Source: Gemmatimonadaceae bacterium (GTDB lineage: Bacteria > Gemmatimonadota > Gemmatimonadetes > Gemmatimonadales > Gemmatimonadaceae). From it: 64,000 bases of DNA. The stretch lies in the NCBI GenBank assembly GCA_013697785.1, contig JACCWE010000150.1, positions 2,474 through 66,473 on the forward strand, read 5' to 3'. Positions 17,858 through 27,547 of the stretch are shown here, in pieces. Positions within the stretch are counted from its first letter, which is position 1. Every line of letters starts with the position of its first letter. The notes beneath the pieces were generated by a model that ran no database searches, was not told the DNA's origin, and was given only the letters and a program-made list of their open reading frames with translations. The translations under genes were made by a program, and so were the position numbers.

Positions 17858-19236
17858 CCGAAGCCGACATCGTCACGCATGAAACAGACGACGCACCCCG
17901 CACGCTGAACCGTGAGCTCGGCCTCCTCTCGGCGACGATGATCGTCGTCGGCGGGATCATTGGCGGCGGAATCTTCTTCACCCCGGCACAGGTGGCGCGC
18001 ACGCTGCCGACGGGCGAATGGGTGTTCGCGATCTGGATGATCGGCGGCTTCGTTGCGCTTGCTGGCGCGCTGACATTCGCAGAGCTCGGCGCGATGCTTC
18101 CCGATGCGGGAGGGCCGTTCGTCTACATCAGGCGCGCTTTCGGCGAGCGCGCGGCCTTCGTCTACGGCTGGATGATTCTCACCACGATCGCGAGCGGCGC
18201 CGCCGCAGCGGTAGCGCTCGCCTTCGCGAATTACGTGGGGCGCTTCTTCGATCTCGCGCCGGTCGGTGGCACGACGGTGGTCGCCGTTTCCGTGCTTCTC
18301 CTCCTCACCGCGACGAACTATCGCGGCCTCCGCCTCGGCGCCGCTGTGCAGAACACGCTCGTCATGAGCAAGCTCGTCGCGCTGGGCGCGCTCATCCTCG
18401 GCGTGGTGGTGTTGTGGAACCGCATCCCTGCACCGCTGCCTGTCGCGACGACGGAGAAGATTCCCCCGCTCATGACCGGGCTTGCGGCGGCGTTCGTACC
18501 GGTGCTCTTCTCGGTGGGCGGATGGGAGAATCTCAACATGGTCGCGGGGGAGGTACGCAATCCGGCGAAGCTCATCCCGCGCGCGCTTGCGCTGGGGATT
18601 GCGATCATCATGGTCTGCTATCTCGGCGTCAACGTGGCGTACCTGCACGTGCTCGGCCGCGACGGCATGGCGGCGAGCAGCAGCGTCGCGGCGGACACCG
18701 CGATCCGCACGGTGGGCTCGCTCGGTGGCACGCTGATCACGATCGCCGCGATGGTGTCGATACTCGGGCTCGTGAACGTCGTTCTGCTGGCGACGCCGAG
18801 AATATTTTACGCGATGTCGCGCGAGGGATTGTTCTATCCGGCGGCAGCGCGCATCCATCCGCGCTTCGGCACGCCGCACATCAGCATCGCGATGCTTGGG
18901 CTCTGGTCGGTGGCGCTGCTTCTGCTCGCGCAGTCGCGTCTCGACTGGCTCCTCAACGGCGAAGTGTTCGCCGACTGGATCTTCTTTGGACTGAGTGCAT
19001 CGAGCGTGTTCGTCTTTCGCCGCACGATGCCCGACCGCCCGCGCCCATATCGCGCGTGGGGTTATCCGGTGATCCCGCTGTTCTTCGTATCGGCCTCTCT
19101 GGTGGCGGTGTTGAGCGCGCTGGTTTCGGCGCCGATTCCCTCGGCGTTCGGAGCCTTCAGCGCAATAGTTGGCGTGGTCGTCTACGCGCTGTTCTCACGC
19201 AGATGGAAGGCATCCCCAATAAGCTCGGCTCAGTAG
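17854..19236 (+). CDS. APC family amino acid permease
   Basis: ATG 17854 overlaps the TGA of the SDR pseudogene (ATGA). About 12 TM segments with a GGIIGGGIFFTP motif. Confidence 0.85.
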   Translation: MTEADIVTHETDDAPRTLNRELGLLSATMIVVGGIIGGGIFFTPAQVARTLPTGEWVFAIWMIGGFVALAGALTFAELGAMLPDAGGPFVYIRRAFGERAAFVYGWMILTTIASGAAAAVALAFANYVGRFFDLAPVGGTTVVAVSVLLLLTATNYRGLRLGAAVQNTLVMSKLVALGALILGVVVLWNRIPAPLPVATTEKIPPLMTGLAAAFVPVLFSVGGWENLNMVAGEVRNPAKLIPRALALGIAIIMVCYLGVNVAYLHVLGRDGMAASSSVAADTAIRTVGSLGGTLITIAAMVSILGLVNVVLLATPRIFYAMSREGLFYPAAARIHPRFGTPHISIAMLGLWSVALLLLAQSRLDWLLNGEVFADWIFFGLSASSVFVFRRTMPDRPRPYRAWGYPVIPLFFVSASLVAVLSALVSAPIPSAFGAFSAIVGVVVYALFSRRWKASPISSAQ

Positions 19237-19754
19237 GCAACGGCGTACGAGGAGAAGTGGCTGATCCGCGCGGTGACGAACTTGAGCAGCGGATGGTTGT
19301 TGGACGGCTCGACTTCCGTCACACTGTCCCTCTGCACGTAGACCACCGAAACGCCGAAAATCGGTGTCGCGCATTTCGTGTACTCGAGCCTGAGCGTCGC
19401 CGGTACCGCGAAGTGGAGCCCTTCGGGAAGGAACTGCACGCTTGCGCTCGTCGTTGGGAGCACGTGCGCCGTGATCGCCACGTTGCTCGCAAGCGCGCCC
19501 GCGGGAACACTAAGTACGACGGTCCCGACTTTGACCTCACCGCCTTTGCTGCCGATCTGGGTGGTCTTCCATTCTTCCTTCTGCAGCTTGCAGACGGCGA
19601 CTTTCGGCTTCTTACCATCAGTGGCCTTCGAGAAGGCCAGCGACGGTGCCGACGTCACATGCGGAGCGGTGGGCGCCGCGTTGTCGGCACAGGCGAATGC
19701 TGCCGCGACAGCGACGAGCGCCAGGGAAGAACGAAGGAATGTCTTGAATCGCAT
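19230..19754 (-). CDS. ZU5-like single-domain lipoprotein, copy 1
   Basis: 174 aa. Lipobox AAAFAC. Motifs GSKGGEVKVGTVVLSVPAGAL, FLPEGLHFAVPATLRL, and C-terminal ISHFSSYAVAY. Confidence 0.65.
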   Translation of the reverse strand: MRFKTFLRSSLALVAVAAAFACADNAAPTAPHVTSAPSLAFSKATDGKKPKVAVCKLQKEEWKTTQIGSKGGEVKVGTVVLSVPAGALASNVAITAHVLPTTSASVQFLPEGLHFAVPATLRLEYTKCATPIFGVSVVYVQRDSVTEVEPSNNHPLLKFVTARISHFSSYAVAY

Positions 19755-19800
19755 TGGAAGTCTCGGCAGGAGAAAAAGGTTAAGCGAGTGAGATGCGGTA

Positions 19801-20325
19801 TTAGTACGCCACTGCGTACGACGAGAAGTGCTCGATCGTAGCGGTGACGGTGTGGGCGTTCGGGTTGTTCACCGTAGGCCGGACTTCGGATACCGTGTCC
19901 GCCTGGAGATACACGACCGACAACAGCGACGTGGGCGTGATGCAGGGCGAGACATTGAGCGTGATGCTCGCGGCGACCGGAAAGTGCAGCCCCTCGGGGG
20001 TGAAGAACACGCGTGCGGTGTTGCCCGCAGGCACGAGCGCAGTGATCGTCGTATCCGTGAGCAGCGCGCCCGGCGGGAAGTAAACCGTGTTGTTGTCGCC
20101 GAGGTCGAGCGTGCCGCCCAGCGGCCCGATGCGCTTCGAGACTCGAACGTCATACGGGATGTTGCACACAGCGAGCAGCGGGCCCTTTTGCGACAGTGCC
20201 TTTGGCTGCTTGCTGCGGCCGAGCGCTAAAGGAGGCGACGTCGGGCTGGCGGTTTCGCCGCACGCAACGACGAATGCGAGAGAGGCGGCGGCGACGAGCA
20301 GGTGCACTACAGAAGTTTTTCGCAT
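19801..20325 (-). CDS. ZU5-like single-domain lipoprotein, copy 2
   Basis: 174 aa from ATG 20325. Lipobox AFVVAC. Motifs GPLGGTLDLGDNNTVYFPPGAL, FTPEGLHFPVAASITL, and C-terminal IEHFSSYAVAY. Paralog of 19230..19754. Confidence 0.65.
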   Translation of the reverse strand: MRKTSVVHLLVAAASLAFVVACGETASPTSPPLALGRSKQPKALSQKGPLLAVCNIPYDVRVSKRIGPLGGTLDLGDNNTVYFPPGALLTDTTITALVPAGNTARVFFTPEGLHFPVAASITLNVSPCITPTSLLSVVYLQADTVSEVRPTVNNPNAHTVTATIEHFSSYAVAY

Positions 20326-20477
20326 ATACCGGTTACGGGAAGAGAGGAGTTCGTACCGAACTTTCATCGTGCCGTACCGTGCCGATCTGCTTTGTCCTGC
20401 TGTGAATCTGGAGCGACAACCGCGAACCACTATCACGCTGCAGCCGAATCACGTCACTGCTGGAACTGTGTGATACA

Positions 20478-22100
20478 TCACAGGACGGCCGTCAAAGTCC
20501 CGTTGATCGCGCCTAGCGCGGCCTCGAACACATCCTCGCGCCACCAGGAGCTGCACTTCTTCAACTCCACAATCGCATCCTCGACGGACATCGCAGCGCG
20601 ATAACTGCGCGTGCTCGTGAGCGCGTCGTAGACATCGACAATTCCAATGATCTGCGCGGCGATCGGAATCGCGTCGTCGCGCAAGCGGTCCGGGTAGCCC
20701 GTGCCATCGCACTTCTCGTGATGCCATCGGATGAGCGGCTTGATGTCCCACGGGAACTCGACGCCCTCGAGCAGCTCGATGCCGTAGAGTGTGTGCCGCT
20801 CCATCAGCTCGCGTTCTTCGCGTGTCAGCTTCCCCGGCTTGTTGAGGATCTCGTGCGGGATGCGCACCTTGCCGACGTCGTGCAGATACGCGCCGATGCG
20901 AACGGTCGTCTGTTCTTCCTCGCCGAGGCCGAGCGCGCGCGCAACGGCAACAGCGTAGGTGGCGACACGCTCGCAGTGTCCGAAGGTGTACGAATCCGCC
21001 GATTCGATCGACTGACCCCAGTCGCGCACTATCATAAGGAAGGTGCCTTCGAGATCCGCAACCTTGCGTGTGACATCGGAGAGATCGCCGCGCGCATCGA
21101 GATGCACGAAGAGCGCACGCGCCGAGTTCAGTAGCAGCAGCGCTTCCTGATTGCGCCCCATCAGTTGGTGTAGCTTGGCAAGCTCACGCGATGCCTCCGC
21201 CTCGCCGAGAAGCGAGCCGCACTCGCGCGCGAGCTCGATCGCGCTCTTGAGGCGTGCCTCCGCCAGCACCGGCCGGCTCGTTTCGCGATAGACGACGCCG
21301 AGGAATTTGTAGGCGTCGGCCTTCTGCGCCCGCGCATCCAGCTCGTCGAACATGCGCAGCGCATCCTCGGCGCTCAGGCGAGCTTCCTCGAAGCGCTGGC
21401 GCGCGATGAACACCTCGGTGCGGTTGAGCAGGCAGAGTCCGCGAAGACGCACGTCGCCGAGCGAGTCGGCGAGTCGAAGGCTCGAGTCGAAGTAGCGGTC
21501 GGCGAGCTCCCAGTTCTGCTGGTCGGCGCTGATCATGCCGAGGTTGTGGTGAGCAATCGCACAGCCGCTGTCGTCGCGTGCAAGCGTCGATGCGGCGAGC
21601 GAATTCTGATAGTGCTCGAGCGCAGCGTCGAGATCGCCGCGGATGTTGGCGATGATCCCGAGGTTTTGCTCGATGCGCCCGATGAGCGCGGGCGTGTTGC
21701 GCGCCATTGCCAGCGCACGGCGAAAGAGATCGCCCGCGCCCCCGGGCTCGCCGGCCTCGAGCTCGAAGCAGCCCAGGGTGTTGAGCGCCTCCGCCGCAAG
21801 CGTCGAGTCGCCGAGCGCGCTCGAGACTTCGAAGCTCTGGAGACAGAGCTCACGCCCGACGCCGCGTTCATGTTGCCGATGCATCACGACGCTCAATCGG
21901 CGCAGTGCTTCCGCCTGCGTCGGCACATCCGTATCGCTGACGGCTGCGTCGATCGCCGCGCGATATTTCTCGATCGCGAGCGCGATGCGCCCAGCGCGCT
22001 CGTCGTCGCGAGCGTCGTGGAGCACACGAGTGGCAGATTGTGGAAACGCGTTGGACGCCATGGGCTCGGCAGCTGGGGAACGGATGTAACAAAAGCGCAT
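20478..22100 (-). CDS. TPR-repeat protein with C-terminal HD-GYP domain (putative cyclic-di-GMP phosphodiesterase)
   Basis: HD motif GAYLHDVGKVRIP and HHEKCDGTGYPDRL. The N-terminal two thirds are TPR-like. An alternative start is ATG 22061. Confidence 0.85.
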   Translation of the reverse strand: MRFCYIRSPAAEPMASNAFPQSATRVLHDARDDERAGRIALAIEKYRAAIDAAVSDTDVPTQAEALRRLSVVMHRQHERGVGRELCLQSFEVSSALGDSTLAAEALNTLGCFELEAGEPGGAGDLFRRALAMARNTPALIGRIEQNLGIIANIRGDLDAALEHYQNSLAASTLARDDSGCAIAHHNLGMISADQQNWELADRYFDSSLRLADSLGDVRLRGLCLLNRTEVFIARQRFEEARLSAEDALRMFDELDARAQKADAYKFLGVVYRETSRPVLAEARLKSAIELARECGSLLGEAEASRELAKLHQLMGRNQEALLLLNSARALFVHLDARGDLSDVTRKVADLEGTFLMIVRDWGQSIESADSYTFGHCERVATYAVAVARALGLGEEEQTTVRIGAYLHDVGKVRIPHEILNKPGKLTREERELMERHTLYGIELLEGVEFPWDIKPLIRWHHEKCDGTGYPDRLRDDAIPIAAQIIGIVDVYDALTSTRSYRAAMSVEDAIVELKKCSSWWREDVFEAALGAINGTLTAVL

Positions 22101-22323
22101 TCAGGTCACGTCTTGCGACGTGTTCGTAGTCGTACTCCGGTGTTGACGATCGCTGTGGGCTACGGGTTCTTGGAGCTATCACGCGGCTCACCTTTTCCAT
22201 CATCCACGGCGCTTTTGAGGGGCGTCGCCCATCAGTTGCCGCGAAAGCGCGCGCCTCGTCGTCTACGCAGACGGACGAACCGATCCGCATGATCCGACGC
22301 GCTCACTCAACATCCGACTCTCG

Positions 22324-23652
22324 ATGCGCATCTTCCGAATCACACGCAGGCTCCTCGTCGTAGCTGCGGCGACGATCGCATGCTCGGCGTCGACCCCAAC
22401 GACGCCTGGTGGCGATCCACCCGCTGCGCCGCCAGCTGCGCCGCCTGCTGCGCCGCCACCTCCCCCGCCGCCCGCTCCACCCCCCCCGCCGCCGCCGCAG
22501 CCGAGCATCGTCACGAAGTCGAGCGGCGATGCGCAGCAGGGGACGCTCTCGTCATTGCTTGGCGCACCGCTCGTCGTCACGGTCACGCGATCGGGGGCAT
22601 CAGTGAGCGGCACCACCGTGACGTGGAGCGTGACCGCGGGAAATGGCTCGTTGAGCTCGGCGAGCACGACCACCGACGCGAGTGGCCACGCGAGTGTGCG
22701 CTGGACGCTCGACGGAACCTTCCTCGCGACGTCGGCGAAGGCATCGATCACCGGTTCGTCAGTCACCTTTACGGCGCTCGGCAATGGCAGTGGAGATCTC
22801 GGCGGCAAAGCGATCTTCGCCGCCGGCGACCCGTGGCGCACTGATATCTCGCGCGCGCCGCTCGATGCGAACTCGGCGAATCTGATCACGTCCTGCGGGG
22901 CGGCGAAGGGGCTTCATCCGGATTTTGGAACGGTGTACGACGGCGCGCCCAACGGCATTCCGTACGTGGTCGTGCACGGCACGCAGACGAAGGTGCCGGT
23001 GAGCTTCTACTATGGAGATGAGAGCGACGCAGGTCCCTACCCTGTCCCGACGTACGCACCCATCGAAGGCGGCGCATCGAGCAGCGGCGATCGGCACGTG
23101 CTCGTGATCGATGCGGATGCGTGGAAGGATTACGAGATGTTCGACTCGCATCCGGTCAATGGCGGCGCGAGCTGGACGGGCGGCTCCGGCGCGATCTTCG
23201 ACATGACCACCGGAACGACGCGCCCTGCGGGCTGGACCTCGGCCGACGCGGCGGGACTGCCGATTCTGCCAGGGCTCGTGCGCTACGACGAGGTGGCGAT
23301 TCATCACCTGATCTCGCACGCGCTTCGCTTCAGCTGTGCGCACTCGCGAAAGGCGTACGTTCCGCCGGCGCGTCACTCTGCCGGATCGGGTACCAGTCTG
23401 GATCTTCCGCCGATGGGGATGCGCGTGCGGCTCAAGGCCTCGTTCGACATCTCGGGCTATTCAGCGGCCAATCAGGTGGTGCTGAAGGCGCTCAAGGCGT
23501 ATGGGATGTTCCTCGCGGACAACGGCTCGGACATGTTTCTGAGCGGCGCCCCGGACCCTCGGTGGAGCGACGACGACCTGCACAACCTCACAAAGGTGCA
23601 CGGCAGCGACTTCGAGGTGGTGCAGATGGGCACGCCAGTCACGCGCCCCTGA
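22324..23652 (+). CDS. Lipoprotein with poly-Pro linker, Big-like Ig domain and a conserved C-terminal domain of unknown function
   Basis: Lipobox ATIAC. The PAAPPAAPPAAPPPPPPPAPPPPPPPQP linker is encoded at about 22420-22500. SGDAQQGT...VTWSVTAGNGSL...DASGHASVRWT is an invasin/Big_1-like pattern. The C-terminal domain carries WTSADAAGLPILPGLVRYDEV and GMFLADNGSD. Confidence 0.7.
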   Translation: MRIFRITRRLLVVAAATIACSASTPTTPGGDPPAAPPAAPPAAPPPPPPPAPPPPPPPQPSIVTKSSGDAQQGTLSSLLGAPLVVTVTRSGASVSGTTVTWSVTAGNGSLSSASTTTDASGHASVRWTLDGTFLATSAKASITGSSVTFTALGNGSGDLGGKAIFAAGDPWRTDISRAPLDANSANLITSCGAAKGLHPDFGTVYDGAPNGIPYVVVHGTQTKVPVSFYYGDESDAGPYPVPTYAPIEGGASSSGDRHVLVIDADAWKDYEMFDSHPVNGGASWTGGSGAIFDMTTGTTRPAGWTSADAAGLPILPGLVRYDEVAIHHLISHALRFSCAHSRKAYVPPARHSAGSGTSLDLPPMGMRVRLKASFDISGYSAANQVVLKALKAYGMFLADNGSDMFLSGAPDPRWSDDDLHNLTKVHGSDFEVVQMGTPVTRP

Positions 23653-23774
23653 GGGGGCTTCGTCACCGCGAGCGAACGCACTGTCGCATCGCTGGGTGTT
23701 GCGCCATCGTTCAGGGTCAGGGCGCAGCTTCGTGAAGCGCCGCATTTACGCAGAGACCCGCAGGAGGCGCACGC

Positions 23775-25334
23775 ATGTCAGCCACACTCGAGCCAACCAA
23801 AAAAGGCGACGCCACGCTGCCCGACGCAGCGCGCCAGTACGCGATCACGATTCCGATCAAGAGTCGCTACGAGAACTGGATCAACGGCGGCTTTCGCGCG
23901 CCGGTGAAGGGCAAGTATTTCTCGAACCCGACGCCGATCACCGGCCAGCATCTCTGCGACGTCGCGCGATCGACTGCTGAAGATGTCGAGCTCGCGCTCG
24001 ATGCGGCGCACGCCGCCGCAGAAGCGTGGGGGAAAAGCTCGGCAGCGTCTCGCTCGATCATCCTCAACAAGATCGCCGACAGACTCGAACAGAATCTCGC
24101 CGCGATCGCCGTGATCGAGACGATCGATAACGGCAAGGCGATTCGCGAGACGATGAATGCCGATCTTCCGCTCGCGATCGATCACTTCCGCTACTTCGCC
24201 GGTGCATTACGCGCGCAGGAAGGGTCGGCCGGTGAAATCGACAACGACACCGTCGCCTATCACTTCCACGAGCCGCTTGGCGTCGTCGCGCAGATCATTC
24301 CGTGGAACTTCCCGCTGCTCATGGCGGTGTGGAAGCTCGCGCCCGCGCTCGCAGCCGGAAACTGCGTCGTGCTCAAGCCCGCTGAACAGACGCCCGTGTC
24401 GATCATGGCGTTCGTCGAGCTCGTCGCGGATCTGCTGCCGCCCGGTGTGCTCAACGTCGTGCAGGGCTTCGGCGTCGAGGCAGGCAAGCCACTCGCGAGC
24501 AGCAATCGCGTCGCCAAGGTCGCCTTCACGGGCGAGACCACGACTGGGCGCCTCATCATGCAATACGCCTCCGAGAATCTGCTGCCGGTGACGCTGGAGC
24601 TCGGCGGAAAGTCGCCGAACATATTCTTCGCCGACATCATGGACGCGGACGACGCCTTCTTCGACAAGTGTCTCGAGGGCTTCACGATGTTCGCGCTCAA
24701 TCAGGGAGAGGTCTGCACCTGTCCATCGCGCGCGCTCGTGCACGAGTCGATCTACGATGCGTTCATGGAGCGCGCGGTCGCTCGCGTCGAGAAGATCAAG
24801 CTTGGCCACCCGCTCGACTCCGCGACTATGATGGGAGCGCAGGCCAGCAACGATCAGCTCGAGAAGATTCTGAGCTACTTCGACATCGGAAAGAAGGAAG
24901 GCGCAAAGGTGCTCACGGGCGGCACGCGCGCGATGCACGACGGTGAGTTGAAGGATGGCTACTACGTTACGCCGACGATCCTCGAGGGACACAACAAGAT
25001 GCGCGTGTTCCAGGAGGAGATCTTCGGCCCGGTCGTTTCCGTCACGAAGTTCAAGGATATGGATGACGCGATCGAGATCGCGAACGACACGCTCTACGGC
25101 CTCGGCGCCGGTGTGTGGTCGCGCGAGGCGAACATCTGCTATCGCGTGGGACGCGGTGTGAAGGCCGGCCGGGTGTGGACGAACTGCTATCACCTCTATC
25201 CGGCGCACGCGGCGTTCGGCGGCTACAAGCAGAGTGGCATCGGCCGCGAGAATCACAAGATGATGCTCGACCATTACCAGCAGACCAAGAACCTGCTCGT
25301 GAGCTACAGCCCAAATGCACTCGGATTCTTTTGA
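23775..25334 (+). CDS. NAD-dependent aldehyde dehydrogenase
   Basis: AGGAGG lies 8 nt upstream of the ATG. The ALDH motifs [15 protein letters not shown] and EVCTCPSR (catalytic Cys) are present. 519 aa. Confidence 0.9.
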   Translation: MSATLEPTKKGDATLPDAARQYAITIPIKSRYENWINGGFRAPVKGKYFSNPTPITGQHLCDVARSTAEDVELALDAAHAAAEAWGKSSAASRSIILNKIADRLEQNLAAIAVIETIDNGKAIRETMNADLPLAIDHFRYFAGALRAQEGSAGEIDNDTVAYHFHEPLGVVAQIIPWNFPLLMAVWKLAPALAAGNCVVLKPAEQTPVSIMAFVELVADLLPPGVLNVVQGFGVEAGKPLASSNRVAKVAFTGETTTGRLIMQYASENLLPVTLELGGKSPNIFFADIMDADDAFFDKCLEGFTMFALNQGEVCTCPSRALVHESIYDAFMERAVARVEKIKLGHPLDSATMMGAQASNDQLEKILSYFDIGKKEGAKVLTGGTRAMHDGELKDGYYVTPTILEGHNKMRVFQEEIFGPVVSVTKFKDMDDAIEIANDTLYGLGAGVWSREANICYRVGRGVKAGRVWTNCYHLYPAHAAFGGYKQSGIGRENHKMMLDHYQQTKNLLVSYSPNALGFF

Positions 25335-25363
25335 CCGCTGACGGTTCGCCAGCTCCGGGCGAT

Positions 25364-25765
25364 GTGAGAACGGCGGCGCGCGTCGTGCGCGTCGCCGTTA
25401 CCGCATCGGCCGAGGCGATGCTGAAGCAGCTCGAGGAACAGCACGGCCCACTCGTCTTTCACCAGTCGGGCGGCTGCTGCGATGGCAGCTCGCCCATGTG
25501 CTTTCCGCGGAACGAGTTCAAGCTCGGCCAGCGCGATGTGTATCTCGGGACGATCGCGAACACGCCGTTCTACATCGGCGGCGAGCAGTTCGAATACTGG
25601 AAGCACACGCAGCTCACCATCGACGTCGTCCCCGGCCGAGGGAGCGGCTTTTCAGTCGAGTCGCCCGAGGGTGTGCGCTTTCTCACGCGGTCGAGGATGT
25701 TCAGCGACGAGGAGGCTGTCGCCCTCGACGCCGAGGGGCCGCCGCCGCGAGGGGAGCAGCCGTAG
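25364..25765 (+). CDS. DUF779 domain protein
   Basis: FHQSGGCCDGSSPMCF motif. It sits directly downstream of the aldehyde dehydrogenase, the usual DUF779 context. The start is assumed to be GTG 25364 (uncertain). Confidence 0.75.
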   Translation: MRTAARVVRVAVTASAEAMLKQLEEQHGPLVFHQSGGCCDGSSPMCFPRNEFKLGQRDVYLGTIANTPFYIGGEQFEYWKHTQLTIDVVPGRGSGFSVESPEGVRFLTRSRMFSDEEAVALDAEGPPPRGEQP

Positions 25766-25790
25766 CCCGCCTGCGCGACGACGAGCTCGA

Positions 25791-26666
25791 TCATTGCGGT
25801 GGCTTGTGCGCCGCGGCTGCCGCTGCAGCCATCGCATCCATCAACTCGACCTTCGTGTAGCCGGCCGGAACCTCGAACACGCTCGGGCTGATCGGCGCCT
25901 TCTTCACGTTCGTGATCGTCGTCGTCATCACGGTGGTGTGCTGGTGCGCACCTTCTCCGCCAACGCTCGTGGTGATGCGCTTGAGCGGAAGTCCCTTCTT
26001 CATCTTCGTGTACTGCGCGGTCAGTTGCTTCGTGAGCTCCGCCATTGGCCCGGTTGGCGTAGCCACAACAGGGCGCGCGCTCGGATCCATCAGCCCGTCG
26101 AGCTGAGGCGCCACCCAGATCTCGGTCGTCGACGTCGAGGGCGTATTCATCGTGCGCCCCATCATGGTCATCCTCATCGTGTACGACTGGACGAGCTTGT
26201 ACTTCCACGTAGCGTAGCCGTCGATCGGCTCGCCGGCTCCGAGGTCCTGCAGATCCACCTTGACGTCGGCGAACTCGATCTTCGCCATGCCGCCGAGCGC
26301 GGCCTGCATGTCGTTCGCGGTCTTACCCATCTCCGCGATGTCGATCACTACGTACTGGCGCTTCGCGGGATCGATGGACGTCACGGTTCCCTTCGCGCCG
26401 CTCGTGATCATGTAGGTGCCCATGCCCATCATGCCGCCCGGCGCAATCGACTGGGTGATGTCGAGCCGGGAATTCCCGCCTGCGAACTGGCCGTGCGCCG
26501 ACATGTAGTTGCGCGTGGACACAGCTCCCGAGCGATCGGGACCGGTTCCGGTGGTCGACATATCGTAGCTCAGCCCCTGCGCGCCAACCGCACTGGTCGC
26601 GGAGAGCGAGGCGACCAGCAGCGACGCGCAAAGGGCTCGAGGAATAGCAGAGAGCATCATTTGCAT
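25791..26666 (-). CDS. Secreted hypothetical protein (possibly DUF4412-like)
   Basis: GGAGG precedes ATG 26666. Signal peptide MQMMLSAIPRALCASLLVASLSATSAVGAQG. Met/Thr-rich mature protein. The family call is weak. Confidence 0.55.
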   Translation of the reverse strand: MQMMLSAIPRALCASLLVASLSATSAVGAQGLSYDMSTTGTGPDRSGAVSTRNYMSAHGQFAGGNSRLDITQSIAPGGMMGMGTYMITSGAKGTVTSIDPAKRQYVVIDIAEMGKTANDMQAALGGMAKIEFADVKVDLQDLGAGEPIDGYATWKYKLVQSYTMRMTMMGRTMNTPSTSTTEIWVAPQLDGLMDPSARPVVATPTGPMAELTKQLTAQYTKMKKGLPLKRITTSVGGEGAHQHTTVMTTTITNVKKAPISPSVFEVPAGYTKVELMDAMAAAAAAAHKPPQ

Positions 26667-26701
26667 TGCCTCCAGTGGTGGGACGGCGAGATCGGTTTCG
26701 A

Positions 26702-27352
26702 TCAGACCTTAGAGAATACGGCGCGCGCGAGATTCTTCTCCTGCTCGACGACCTTTGGACCCGCCGTCGAATCCTGCATCAACTTCATCACATCCGGTAT
26801 GAGCTGCACCATCAGCGTATAGTCGCCCTTTCGCGCCGTGAGAAGCAACATGTTCTGTGTCGCCTCGTCACCGACGCCCTCTACCGGACCGGAAGCCACA
26901 TGAAGGGGACCGCTTGCGCTCTCTGCGCCCGGGACCATCCCTGCCTCGAGCTTGCCGCCGAGCTTTGCCCCGCCGAGCGATGCCTGTTGCAGCGCCGCAT
27001 GCTCGGCGGGATTCGAGTAGTCGTCGGGAACGATCCACGTCATGTCCAGCGACAAGCCGGCTGGATCGGTTTCCGTCGAATAGTGGCAGCTCGACTGCGA
27101 ACGCTCATCGCGGGCCTCGGCCTTCGTGTACGACGAGCCGAGAATCGTGTTGACTGCCTCCTTCGTCATGAGCGCGCACATCGAGACCGCGCCCGACTTG
27201 GTCGATGACGCTCCGGACGCTCGTGTGTTCGTTGCTCCGCTGTCGCCGGGCTTGGTGCAAGCCGCGAGCGTCAAGAGCGAAACGCAGAGAGCAGCGAGAT
27301 TGACTCGCGAGGGGAGATGGAGCGCGAGAGTGAGGCGGCCATGACGGATCAT
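26702..27352 (-). CDS. Hypothetical lipoprotein
   Basis: Lipobox LLTLAAC. 216 aa. It is co-directional with 25791..26666, 36 nt downstream, and divergent from the BTAD regulator. Confidence 0.6.
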   Translation of the reverse strand: MIRHGRLTLALHLPSRVNLAALCVSLLTLAACTKPGDSGATNTRASGASSTKSGAVSMCALMTKEAVNTILGSSYTKAEARDERSQSSCHYSTETDPAGLSLDMTWIVPDDYSNPAEHAALQQASLGGAKLGGKLEAGMVPGAESASGPLHVASGPVEGVGDEATQNMLLLTARKGDYTLMVQLIPDVMKLMQDSTAGPKVVEQEKNLARAVFSKV

Positions 27353-27386
27353 TGATTGTCCCTTGCGATGAGGGTGTGGAAGCGGA

Positions 27387-27524
27387 CGCGAGGGCTAACG
27401 ATCTCGCGGGCACGCCGGTAGACTTGGGTGAACTTCGCGACCGGCGGTTACGCCGCCGATTCATCGCCGTTACCGCGACCGGTAACGCCGCCGGCCCGCG
27501 CGAGTCGGGGCTAACGGCCTCGCG
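27387..27524. promoter_or_regulatory. Repeat-rich intergenic region upstream of the BTAD regulator
   Basis: Two copies of CGCGAG-spacer(GGGCTAACG)-CTCGCG at 27387-27408 and 27499-27524, with 15/18 identity in the core. Two copies of GGT(T/A)ACGCCGCCG at 27446-27458 and 27481-27493. A 7-bp inverted repeat CGTTACC/GGTAACG at 27468-27487. Confidence 0.3.
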
Positions 27525-27547
27525 CCCCCCTCTCCGGTGGCCACGCC

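Noticed and set aside
22420-22500. C/G-rich low-complexity tract (CCGCC/GCTGCG units), considered as a possible non-coding repeat or CRISPR-like element.
   Set aside because: It is in frame within the lipoprotein gene and encodes a Pro/Ala linker. There is no repeat-spacer periodicity.
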